Source: Takakia lepidozioides (Eukaryota; Plantae; Bryophyta). From it: a DNA stretch of 64,000 bases. The notes beneath the pieces are model-generated. The model was not told the DNA's origin, did not search any database, and was given only the letters and a program-made list of their open reading frames with translations. The translations under genes were made by a program, and so were the position numbers. Location of the stretch: positions 31,248,001-31,312,000 of the forward strand of contig CM060732.1 in assembly GCA_030704615.1 (NCBI GenBank), read 5' to 3'. Positions 1 to 11,946 of the stretch are shown here, piece by piece. Every line of letters starts with the position of its first letter. Within the stretch, counting starts at the first letter, position 1.

Positions 1-420
1 CATCATTGTGTAGATCCGACCATACTCCGGATTAGGAACTTCTGTAACACTAGCTTGAAGCATTCTTGCGGATTCGACCTTGCCGAAGTGTTCTGCGGTT
101 GGAGGGAAACGTCGAACCAGGTTTCCATTCCGTTTAGTTGAATGTAAATGAGCGTGTGCATGAGGCACTCGAGAACTGCCAGAACTCGAAGCACTTGCAC
201 ATACAGTGGGTTGTCATGCAAAGGAGAAGCCTAGACATCCTCGAGCATTGCAATCTCCTGAGATGTGAGATCTGTCTTCACCTTCACAAACCAAACGCTT
301 GGTGGAGAAGGCTTCATGATCATCAATGTTGGCCTCCAACTGATCCTTAGTCTATGGCTCTCCCCACTCCTCATACTGCTGCTTGAGAGATCCAATGACT
401 CTCTCTTTGTGCATCTCATC

Positions 421-1562
421 TCACATCTGCCATGGGTATTTGCAACCCACGATCATGTGCTCGCCCCCACTCACTGCCTCAACCGTCCCGGTTGGGAGGG
501 AGGATGCACTATCTAATGGGAGTGCAGAAGTAGCCATCAATGCTTGTAATCTCCGTTGCTCAGCCATGCACAAGCCAATGACCCATGTCAAGCAATTTAG
601 ATCCATTGCTTGACCCAACACTTGGCGGCGTGATGCCTCTGACAGAGCTGGCACATCTGTAGTGCTCGTGGTAAGACCCATTGCCCGCTCTCGCTCATCC
701 GCATTGGGCTCCACCAATTGCTGTAGCACACTATCCCAAATCAATCCAGGACCATTGTCTCGAAAAGCATGAGACGAGGGAAAGCTCATGAGCGTAGGCA
801 AAGCCGAACGTGGCTGCCCCACTCGATTGACCACTACCAGAGATGGATGGTCATTATGTCGCACCCTCTGTGGTTGTCTCCCTTGGTCCAAAATGCCCTC
901 AACCGTGAGATTGGGTGGCCATTGAATGGAATCGTATGCTCTCTTGAGTAGCTCTGGTGGTGCAAGATTGGTCCACCACAATTGAGGTCGATGCGCGCAT
1001 GATCCCACCGCTGCTGCATCCAATAGCACCGCCGATCCAGTCCCAGACCGCACACCTAATGCACACTGGCCATACCCCTAGCCCGAGAATCCCCTATAAG
1101 AGGAACATTCTCCAAGATATAGCCTAGAGGCTGCACTTGCCTCGTCTGCAAGTCCCGCAACACTCGCAACATCTCCCAAAACAAATGCGATCGTGCATCA
1201 TGCAAGCCATTCCCATGACCTACGGGAGAGTGTCATTGGCAAGGCCATCCAGCTATCACCAAGTCAATGGCACCATGCCGGTCCAAATCATCCGCCCCCA
1301 GCAACGTAATGTCTACTAGCAAGGCTTTTTGATACCCTTGAATTGCTGATAGAGACAACAACTCAGGATACCGGTGTGTGAGCAACACGATGTGGCGTAT
1401 AGAAATATGTCGAGCTATCTCATCCTTCTCCACATACAAGTACTTGCGTACTTTAATCCCTGTTTGCAATACTCCTGCAAGCCCAGTGTTCATGCCTCCA
1501 AACAAGTCTAGCAAACAAATCCCTGAGTCAAGTGGTTGCAAGGTAATGGGCACTATGTCCAA
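421..1562 (-). pseudogene. C5 cytosine DNA methyltransferase domain (DNMT3-like), degenerate, embedded in a retroelement-type polyprotein
   Basis: Ordered C5-MTase motifs on the minus strand: I LLDLFGGMNTG, II YVEKD, III DIT, IV IAGWPCQ (ORF 1233-1562). After an in-frame stop come SHLFWEMLR and VI GYILENVP (~1100-1125). After a frameshift, ORF 421-1053 gives VIII DAAAVGSCAHRPQLWWTNL, IX ERERAMG and X RRQVLGQAM. No introns. Confidence 0.9.
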
Positions 1563-1859
1563 ATGAGCTTACTGAGGAGGTCCAGGTGGTGTCACTAAAC
1601 TCCCCTCACCCACCGATGGAAAGGCCTCCTGCCATGCTTGTTGTACACACTCGTCTGCTACTTGTTGCAAATTCCCAACCGTACCCCACAGTGGATATAT
1701 GCACAGGCACACGAGGAAGCAAATCAGCCTTGTATGCCAATTATTTGTCCTCATCAGGTGATGGCCTATCATCTGCATGGCTATTGCCCTCCAAGAGCTC
1801 ACCACCCCAAGCCACCACCCCTGAGAATGCAGCCAATGTGGGCATCATGTTCTTATGAT

Positions 1860-2372
1860 CCACCGCTACATTCCCAATAAACCGCACTGGGAGCAGTGCA
1901 CGTCGGCCATCTCCTGACTACCATTCCAGCATGTAGGATGTCATTTCCTCCCAAAAGTCCAGAGTATATCCCATGGGGTATAACACAACCCCATCAACAA
2001 GCACATCGTAGGGCATTGCGTCCGTAACAATGGCTTTAGCTCTCATACAGAGCCACATGTAAGATGATCTGGCTGCAATCGAATGAAAGAGCTCATGGCG
2101 TGTAATCCCTCATGCCTTCTCTGAACCCCCAAAGATGTTTGAATTTGGAAAGGATAAGGCCCCAAATCCGCCTTTGTAAGGCCCAAGCCTGCAATTGTTG
2201 CTTTCTTCAACATCAATAGTTGTGCTCCCGAGTCCAACAAGACCCGCAGTGGCCTATACCTCCTTCCGGCTAGGCCATCCAATTGAAACACACCATCCTG
2301 ATTGTCCACAAAGACTACCCCAGGAGTCACCATACTACGCTCAATGGTTGGTCTAGCTGGCAACTCCTGCAA
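1860..2372 (-). mobile_element. Retrotransposon aspartic protease domain (degenerate), upstream of the MTase on the same strand
   Basis: RVLLDSGAQLLM (D-S-G catalytic motif) in ORF 2043-2372. The reading continues after a break as AKAIVTDAMPYDVLVDGVVLYPMG, the typical protease C-terminal D-hydrophobic motif. Confidence 0.75.
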
Positions 2373-3177
2373 CTTGGTGGCAGGTCGTTGATGGGAGGGC
2401 GGAGCGCCGCTCTCCCATGCTATCCTCTGCTAAATAGTCTGCTAAACTAACACCCTTAGGTTCTGCCATCCCCGCTCTTTTTCCCTTGTTATGTCTCTCT
2501 CTTTATAGCGGTGCCGCCACTTTAGCCATATCTTCACACATAGCCATGGCCGCCCCCATGCCCCCAGCTCCCGCGTTCTGTGCTGTTGTGCAGCATCCTT
2601 CTTGCTTCCCCTCACGTTAAGTTGTCATTTGCTACAACCTACTTCTTGCGCATCTGTTAAGCTTTTTACTGAAGTATTTTGCGTGGTTTTCAGCAGATGA
2701 GTCTCAGCACAACGTATTCACGAAGTGTTTCCGTGCGCCACACCTCACCTGGGGGCCTTGCACACTCTAGCAAGTGGTCTCGTGTTTATGCTCTTTCTCA
2801 TATCGACCTGCACTACATCCACCAAACAAATTGAGTTGATATGTGCTATGCGTGCAGTTCACTCAAATATATCACATACCACAGACTTGTGCCTGATTCC
2901 GCTTGTTACAAATGATCACTACCACCTTGGGCGGCTCACTCTGTGCGAAAGGCTCTCTAACAACTACTCTATGCATGTTGCGCTTCGTCACTGGTCAACA
3001 ACACCCGACTCGGAAGCCATCTTCTTGCTCCAAAACGGCCGGTCTCCTTGGGCTCGTAACGGGCACAAACAGATCGCGCTGCAAGGACCTGCTGGACATG
3101 GTCACTGTGAGGCCATCATCACATGCGGACTTATATTAGGTGCCTTTGCTCGAACTTCCTCGCACTAGAACCATTCG

Positions 3178-3720
3178 TGTCATTTACCACTGGGGTAACG
3201 ACTCATTTTGAGTCGTAAAAATCAAAAAACCGGGATCGACTGGAAGTTACAAACGATTAGTTACAACAGACGTGGAAGTTGGGTCGGACATCCAATGATT
3301 GGAGTGGTAAAGGACGTAGACGCGCGAACAACTGCTCAGCGATTATTGCGATTAATGCTGAAGAACCACGTGGCGTAACCAGGCAGGCCGCCCGTGTGTC
3401 TGACATTTTGGGTTGACTTTGACTTTTCCCTCCAGATGAGTGGACTGACTCACCGGAGCGCGGTGACATCATGTACGCGGATGTGGACGCCGACGTGGCG
3501 GCGCCACGATGAGCAGCACTGTTGCCACGTGGCCACGGGCTCGGGGCGTCACGTGGTAGTCGACCACATAACTTGCAGTGCTACATGCCCAGTGGCAACT
3601 ACGACTGCGGAAGTCGGCGCAACCACTGCTTTACTACTTTAAATGAAGTGCTTGATATTACTTGAACAATCACTCAGTGTGCTTTGAAGTTGTGGTGTTT
3701 GTAATGAGCCGACTATTACA
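3178..3720. mobile_element. Candidate LTR or solo LTR (orientation unresolved)
   Basis: Begins TGTCAT and ends ATTACA (imperfect TG...CA terminal inverted repeat), with many CACGT/ACGTGG motifs. No matching TSD seen. Confidence 0.4.
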
Positions 3721-3789
3721 TATGCATGTAATGCCCTACAAGAGAACTAATCATGTAATTAGAAATGCGAAAACAATGAAAGACATGCC

Positions 3790-4500
3790 ATGAAACAAAA
3801 CGAAATGAAGATGAAATGAAATGAAACAAATGGTACTTTATTACATCTACGGAAAGCTCAAAGAGCTTATGATACAAAATGAAAAAACCAAAGTAAAAAA
3901 GCAGACCAAATTTCGTCCTGATGCACTAAAGCAAAAGACAAACATATGAATGTGGATATGCTACAATTTCTCCTTGGTTCAAAGTCAGAAGAGCCTCTTC
4001 CAGTCTATCTGCCTCACGAAGCATCTTCACATGCCAAGAATGGGTGCCCACAAGCTGTGCTCACCACGTAGCGACATTCCCATGCAAGGGCTTGGTATGT
4101 TAATAACGTCTAAATGGATGCAATGGATAGAAAAGATGGATACAATGGATGTAAACATCCAGTCTGCATTGCCTTGAAAGGGCTGATCAATCGCGGTAAA
4201 AGGTGCCACCTGCGGACATAGGCCCTGCATGTTCGTTCCGACATGCTGACATGGCGTGAGCCTGTGCTGGGCTCATGGGCTCCTGGGCTCACAGGCTCAT
4301 GCCTCCAGGCTCAAGGAATAACAGCCCTCTGCCGCATCCTCCATGAACATTCTTGCAATAGAGAAAGCAAAAATATCATAAAAACATATATTCACGCATA
4401 CCAGCATCAGGGTAGACGTTGGGAACAGACATCAGGACTACCACGTCTTTTCGATGAGGCCTCAAGAAAATATTTCTTTTTGCCAAGAGTGGAGTGACAC
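3790..4500 (-). mobile_element. Probable 3' end of a non-LTR retroelement with a (CATTT)n tail
   Basis: The minus strand reads AATAAAGTACCATTT followed by (TTTCA)n repeats at 3805-3843. The same terminal motif recurs at 61261-61285. Confidence 0.4.
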
Positions 4501-6144
4501 TCCCTTAGGTTGCACCCCTAGTGGAGTTACCTTCCACCGCGTCATCTGTTTCCATGTCAAACATATATAGTAACCGTATCAGGGACTGCATCTTCATGAT
4601 GGTGATGTCAACTCTTCTAGTCATATTGTAATATGAAGTTGTTGAAGAAGTATGAATATGACGCATGGAGAGTTAGCCAGGATTCCATGGAAATATGACC
4701 ATTGGCAGATTGGATACCAACGTCCCGCTGCTGAAGTACAGGGCTTAAGTAGACTGTATTAGGGGACTGCATCAGCATGATGTGGTCTCTTCTAGTCATT
4801 TTGACATAAGTTGAACTCAGAAGTACTCTGACATTTCAGCAACAAAAAGTCTATGAGCAATATAAATCATGATTCTCGAGCATCGAAGCACTTTCAAGAC
4901 TTCCTCGAGTGGTTTTGGATGACTCTTATGACAATGGCGGAACAGCCAAGGTGAGTACAGTCCGAAACTTGAGTTCTACATTGCAACATTGAAGATGTTT
5001 TGAATGCGTGACCTATCCGGTTATAGCCATATATCCATATAACTTATCACCATATATTGTCACGTATCTAGCTTTAGCCAGAAGAAGTGCCAACGGGCCA
5101 AGGAACATGGTAGACGGGTAAGTTCATCCTTAGGGTGTATAAACGCTATGTTTTACTGTATATATAACAGACTTTTACACAGTATTGTTAGATGTTGGTT
5201 GTTGGATTGATGGTCACCTAGAAAGAGCTGGAGGAATGATACTTAAGAAGTCCCAAGTTCAAAATTCCATGGAGGGTCCAATGGCCCTGGATATATACCT
5301 CATTGTAAGATAAGTAATTTTGTCAACTTGAACTTAATTTGTTTTCATAGTGAATTTTTATTCAATTAAAAAAATAAATAAATAACAATGTTATTCCTGG
5401 ACTTTGGAAAGTCTAGATTTACTTAAAATCGAGTTGCTATTCAATGCTTCAGCAAATTCCAGATTAGGCTGTCCTTGAGCGGCAGACCCACCTGTCTACT
5501 CAACAGCCCCTTTTCTCTCGCGCCTAGGTGTCCTTCTCCGGGCTCTCCACTAGCCCCCCAAGTTCGTCGTGCTATCGTCTCACTCGCCGATTTTCCTTGA
5601 TTGAAACTTGGGTTTACATATTGGATCTCCAGGAAACCGGTTCTGGCTTGATGTTCCCCTTCAAGCTGGCCCTGCAATTTGACCCTGGTTTGGATGGATA
5701 ATTCCAAGTCTCCATTCTTGGATTACACGGTCAACACTATATGTAGCCCAGTGTTTGTAGTGCAAATCAAACAAGCGGGTTTCCCGTGGGATGCGGGTCT
5801 CCTCCCTCCACAACCCAAGTTCAAATTTCACATTCCGGCCTTGAGGTCCTCGCAGGATCGCTCACAGGATTTGGCCTTAACAGATGGTGGGCAGCCGGCT
5901 AGGAATGGGGATATGGCTTCTCACCTGCCAGGACCCTTTGTCTGAATTTTGGACAGGAAGCTTCAGTATTCTGACAACACAGTAATCCCAGTCTCTCTAA
6001 CTTCTCTATCACTTGCAGCGGTCTTTCCCTGTTCCTTTGTCCCTTCCTCAAGGTCCTGGTCTTGTTGACCAGAGTACCTCTCTGTCTAACCTCCAAAAGA
6101 CCATGAAGTAGAAGGAAAAACTGGATCTGAAACACGGGACAGAG

Positions 6145-9100
6145 ATGGAGGCAGACACGGATTTGGACTTAGCCCTGGCTATGGCTTTGGGTGGTTCTGG
6201 CCACGAGGATAGTGACGATGACTTCCAACATTCAGGCACCCAGGTGGCTCTCAGCCAGTCAATTGCTTTCAGAAATTGTACTAATGTGGTGAAAGCGTGT
6301 CCTACGTACCCGAAGAAAAACAGCTGCCGAAGAGCAGGTCCCTTGAAGAGCTCCGCTTTACCTGTGGAGATAACTGCCAATCGGAGTAAAACTGTGAAGC
6401 GCCAATGCAGTAAGATGAAATTGGAGAAAAGTAGCAGTGGCTTTGGACCATCTGTGAAGTCTGCAGAGAAGAGAAAATCTGCAGATGGAGCTGTTGGGAG
6501 CCCAAGAGCTGGATTTGTAAAAAGGGGGATAAATGACATGGTTGGAAGTAAGAAGACAAGTACTGGCGATATGATCCCGGGTGTACTGCCTCTGAAATCT
6601 ACTGCTGATGGCGTAGAGTTTGCATATGTGAATGATGACTTTAACGACGGACTCGGAGAAGACGATGACAGTGAGGGATCGCTGGAATGTCCGGTTTGTG
6701 GGGTTGATATCAGAGACATGTCTGCCATTAACAGAGAGCTTCATACCAATGCTTGCTTGGACAAACTTGACGGGCGGGAGATTGAGAAGGACGCACAAGT
6801 GAGTGGGTGCACAGGAAGGCCTGACGTCACCCCAGTTGTAAAATGGCTTGAGTCGCTGAATCTGGTCAAGTACGCGGATCTCTTCGTCAAAGAAGAGATT
6901 GACTGGGAGACTCTCCAGTTGCTCACAGAACAGGTGGAGTTAGTCCCTTCTTTTCCTGAATTGCTTGTCTTTCCTGCTGTCTTCCACGATAATGTGTTAC
7001 TAATAATGATATAACGCTTAGGGCTAGAGTAACTGGACGGGAATTCAACACTGAATCAGATTCACATAGACTGAGACTGAGCTGAAAGCCCCCCCCCCCC
7101 CCCCCCCGAGCATATGTTATAGTGTTTCTCACTATGTATCTAAAAGTAGATCCTTTCTTTATTTCTCCCTCTTTGATCCACACAACCTGACAATCCATGA
7201 CCTGACAATCAAACAAATGAGTACCGTCTTGCTGTGTTGTTGATGTCTGCAGGATCTTAGTACCCTCGGCATCACAACATTTGGACCCAGGAGGAAAATT
7301 GTGTGTGCTTTACAGGAACTAAAGAAAGGAAGGGCCCCCACGACTTGTCCTGAAGCAGATACTGTGAACGAAGGGGCTTCAAACCTGTCCAAGAACCATA
7401 TCACTACCCTTGATCCAAGCCCAGTTACAGGTGGCAAGAAGCGCATTACCCATTTCTTTGTGCTTCCTGTAAATGCAGGACATGCAGTTACAGGTACTGT
7501 CCCTGGGTCTCTGATGAGTGCAGTCAACCCTTACCCAAAAGGTCGGGCCATTGGGAGCAGGAAGGCAGGTCCTTTCAGACGAAATGTGCCTAGAATGCCT
7601 GGGGTTGCAAGAATGACTGACGTTCCTCCTTGGATGTGTATTCCAGGCACCACCTTCAGAGTGGTGAGTCTCTCTCTCTCTGTGGTTCTCATTCCACAGG
7701 AACCGGCTATGTATTAGATGATGGGCTGCAGTGGCAGTGCTGCAATCAACGATAATTTTTATGATACCAGTACTAGCCAATTTTCCACTCTGCAACTGGG
7801 TGGATGTCGGTTGTACATGAGCAATGCCAGACTCCACTCCATACCTGGTGGGTGATGTACAGTCAATGGCACGGGGAGGGGTAGTAAAAGCCAGGGAAGA
7901 GCATGCTCTCAAGGAAATATCATAGCCAACCTCTGAATGATCACTGGCCCAATGCTGGTGCTTCCATCAAAGGGATTCTTAATGTGGTCTTAACTATTAT
8001 GGTTGTGGTTGTGGGGGCCAACATACAGGATGCATTCAAGCATGTGACTAGTGCCTGCTCCCATTGGTTTCTTACTCACTTCCACACCGACCGTGAGTTT
8101 TCCATTCACTTCCATGCATTAAAGTATAGTTAGAGTCAGTCATTACTTACTACACTTCGTGGTTGTGGGTTCAAAGTCGGCATGTATGTTGGATGTCACC
8201 CATTATGGCCAACCCAGCTATAACTGGGTCAACTGGTTACTGAATGTGTGGGTACCTAGGGACTTTTGAGTCTTTGGGGGAGGGTTGTTGCCCTGGTTAA
8301 GGCCATTAGAAGGTGTCCAAACGGAAGGCAGTAGCCCTTTAGGGTGAAGTGACACCACAAGTTATGCTTGCTTCGGCAATAGTCTTCCTTCCTTATTACA
8401 CTTCCAAGGTTTCAAATTTCTTTTCAGATCTCGAACATATGTTTCTTGCTCTGTTTTTACTGTCTATGGACATTATGAGGTCTCTTTCTTCTCTTGTTGT
8501 TTTTCGTGTAACCCCTCCCTGTCCCTCCTGCTCTGTTTGAGTTGTTTATAGTGCAGGTCCTAAGCCCTTAAGGGTAGGTCATAACATTCACAGGGATCAG
8601 TGAGTCTGTACCTTCTGCAGCCACTCTCTTATACCAATTCATCTTTCTGTGAGCTTTCCTCTGACTGCCTCCCTTTTCCAACCTTTATGTATGTCTATCA
8701 TGTCTGCCATTGGGGTTACAATTTCTGCCTTTCATTTAGGCCCCACCTTTCTTTCTTGTTTCTTGCATACATTTGCCTCATAAGCTCTTTGAGTTTTCTG
8801 TGGACGTTATAAAGATGCATAGAACTCTTCCATGAGTGTAAGAAATCATTGAAGCAAGGATGCTGTGCAGATTATCAAGGGCTAACACGCAGTTTCCGGC
8901 ATGGTATTATCTACTGCTCTTCAATTACTGCCCGCCTTGTCAACCTTCGAATAGGAGTTCCATGGGACCGCCTCCAAGTCTTACCTCTCAATGAAACAGT
9001 CAGTATTGATGGTGTCGGTGTCACTTTTGTTGATGCCAATCATTGCCCAGGCTCTGTAATGATTCTCTTTGAGCCTCCCAATGGTAAGGTGAGATTGGGC

Positions 9101-11946
9101 CTCACTCTCACTGCTAGTATGTATTTTGTGTCAGCGCAAGTGTGAATTTCCATGTCACTTCAAAGAACCTCTGCTCTTGCCTACGTCTTCATAACTCAAG
9201 CTGTAATTCTCTAGAGTTAACTTAATGTGCACTGCATTTGCAAGTAAAAGACAGGTTGACTCAGTGACCAAGTTTAAATGAAGATTTTGCATTGCACCTG
9301 GCTGTCTCCATAAAGGATTTTCAACACCTTGTCTGGCAATTAGAAGCAAATTGTGTGAATATAATGCAAGACTAATATCTGTGTAGTGGTTGAGTGATAT
9401 CCCCCTTTCTGTAATAAAATGTCTCTGCTTCCAACTTTCTACTTGTTGTCTGTAGCCCATAGTTGGTAATGTCCTTTTAGGTAGGTGCACCAATAAGGTA
9501 CCACTACAGATGACATCCTCGTTTATCTGCAGCATTCATTATCTCTAAAGCGTAACTGAACTCTTTCTGTAGGCTGTGTTGCATACGGGAGATTTCCGGC
9601 TCTCTCCAGACATGACCAGAAACGTGGTATTGGGGAAGTGCCGTATTGACACTCTTATTCTTGATACTACCTATTGTGATCCCCAGGTTTGTTTACTATC
9701 CACAGTCAACATTCTTTCATTTCCAAGTGTCAACTAGGGATGTCAAAAGTCACCAAGTAATCAGTTGTTGTTTTAACATCTGGGATCTGAGGGTCTTTTG
9801 CTGAAGGCTGTACTTGTGGGCACAGTACGACTTCCCAAAACAAGAGGCTGTAATTCAGTTTGTGGTCGATGCTATCCAGGCTGAAGCATTTAACCCAAAC
9901 ACACTCTTTCTTATTGGGACTTACACTATTGGTACGTTCCCTGTCCAACCCAACTGAGATACTGTGATTGTGAAGACGCTAGTTGTTTTGTTCCATTTTC
10001 TCCTACTTATGAGCCAGCTGGTAAGGACTATCCTTAATATTAGCTTCCTGTGGAGGTTATAAAGTTCCTTGCTTTCTGTCTTCTCTTTAGGATTATTTAG
10101 ATATGAGCAGAAATTTTGCCGCGATATTGGAGCTCATGCACTTGTCAATTAAACTGTCTGGGTTGCTTGAAATCCCACTCCTGTGAGGTTATGCATAGAA
10201 TCATTAATATGTAAAGAAGAAACTCAGGTCATGTGCCGTACACATTAGGACAACACATTTGGAGCAAAAGATCCCTCAATGGGATTCTGGATGCAGGCAA
10301 GGAGCGGCTTTTCCTTGAAATTGGCAAAGTCCTGCAGAAGAAGGTGTATGTGGGGGCAGCGAAGCAGAGACTGCTAGAGTGCCTGGATCTGGCTGAAGAG
10401 GACAAAAAATGGCTGACAACCAATGACCAAGAAAGTTATATCCATGTGGTGCCGCTGTGGAGCATTGCCAGCTTCAAACGCATGCAGTCCATTTCTCGCC
10501 ACTACCATGTATGCGATTCCTGTCATTGACAACTGCAGATTTGAGCAATCTTGGTAGAAGATATGTTGCTGTCAGAAATAGATATACGAGACTACAAGTT
10601 AGAATCTGTCTTCTTCAAGAAACTTTGGTGCAAAATACTTTTGCTGTTGTGCCCTTTTCTAGCCCCAGAATTAGGTGGGAAAAGAAATAAAGGGGATCGA
10701 ATTCCAATGTATTGTCATAGAAACCATGTTTCAAAATAGCTGATCCCTCAAAAAATCATCTTTGCACCTAGAAGTATCTTTGGCATTGTCTTTCTCAAAT
10801 GCAAAACCCTGTATTTGTTTCTTGGCATAAAGAAGTTCTGTGGTGACTTGCTTGGCAGGGGCTATATAATTCAATAGTAGGTTTCTCACCTACGGGCTGG
10901 AATTTCGGGCGGGGCAAGAAACGTACCCCTGGTCGTCGTTGGCAGCAAGGCACAGTCATTAGGTACAACCCCTCCTGCATGCTCTCTAGCCTCTACGGTT
11001 TTCCTTGCTCCGATGCATCACAGCGCATGTGCCATATCTGTGTAAGATTAAGGGGTTGCTTATTATGACAGTTTCTGTCAGCATGTTCTCTTTCTTTACT
11101 CATCCCTCCAAGGTAGGGGGCTATTTACATGCATTAATAGATGAGGAGACTCTCAGTTAATCGATTTCATGGATGGAAGCCCTGTGAAAACAGCCTGTTG
11201 TTTGCCAGCCGTATCTATGGAACTTGATGATTCCTCTGGTGGCCCTACCAATCTTGGGCTCAATCTATTCCATTGACCTTCTCAGAAAGAAGACTGTCCT
11301 TAACATAGTTTGCCGGACATTTTCCCAAGGATCAAGAGTGCCAGGCTAATCGTACTTCAAAACTACAACGTCGGCATAAAATACCTTAGAATAGGCTCTA
11401 AGATACAATCCCCAATAGGTCTACATAGCCAACACTAACAGAGAATGGCCAATCAGTATGTTCGGTCTTTGGGGGAGTCATGATATCTGTCCTTGTGTAA
11501 TGCCAGTAGTAAGTCCTTCTCTCCACTTCTGCCCACAGTTTGCAACCAGTTTCACCTTCTCCGTCACATCTACGGTTTAATACAGTGATCTAAGACTCCA
11601 TAATGCTGTGGAAAGAATTCACAAGTTTGGATAAGCTGATACGGGCATGGTGCTCATGATGATATGCACATTACCCTCTTCATGATGAAGTGCTGGGCTT
11701 CCACTTGGAGATTCAAAATAGGTTATTAGAGATCTCATGAATTTCAAGGAAGAGTCCATGCTGCCTGCCTGATTTATTACACACGATGGCAGGTACGAGG
11801 TCCCATACAGTGAGCACTGCAGCTTTGCAGAGCTGAGAGAGTTTGTTCAGTTCATTGCTCCAGTGGACATCATCCCCAGTGTCCTCAGTGACACAGGCCA
11901 GGCCGCTGATGCCATGGTGGCACACTTGCTCAGTGAGGATGTATGA
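6145..11946 (+). CDS. SNM1: SNM1/PSO2-family DNA interstrand cross-link repair nuclease (UBZ zinc finger + SAM + metallo-beta-lactamase/beta-CASP), 9 exons
   Basis: GT-AG exons: 6145-6933, 7253-7663, 8029-8092, 8871-9088, 9573-9686, 9826-9931, 10297-10508, 10859-10962, 11793-11946. Motifs: CPVC..HTNAC; [25 protein letters not shown]; THFHTDHY; DANHCPGS; LHTGDFR; LDTTY; GTYTIGKER; FSPTGW; EVPYSEH. Confidence 0.93.

Noticed and set aside
1-420. Reverse transcriptase directly following the MTase
   Set aside because: No diagnostic RT motif is recognisable in these 420 bp, so it cannot be claimed from this window.
421-1562. Bacterial restriction-modification methylase or contamination
   Set aside because: Contiguous with a retroviral-type protease and with spliced plant genes; no endonuclease partner; pseudogenised.
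6048-6798. Long minus-strand ORFs (226 aa, 146 aa)
   Set aside because: Antisense shadows of SNM1 exon 1.
7089-7107. Poly-C run in SNM1 intron 1 as a G-quadruplex element
   Set aside because: Simple homopolymer with no further supporting structure.
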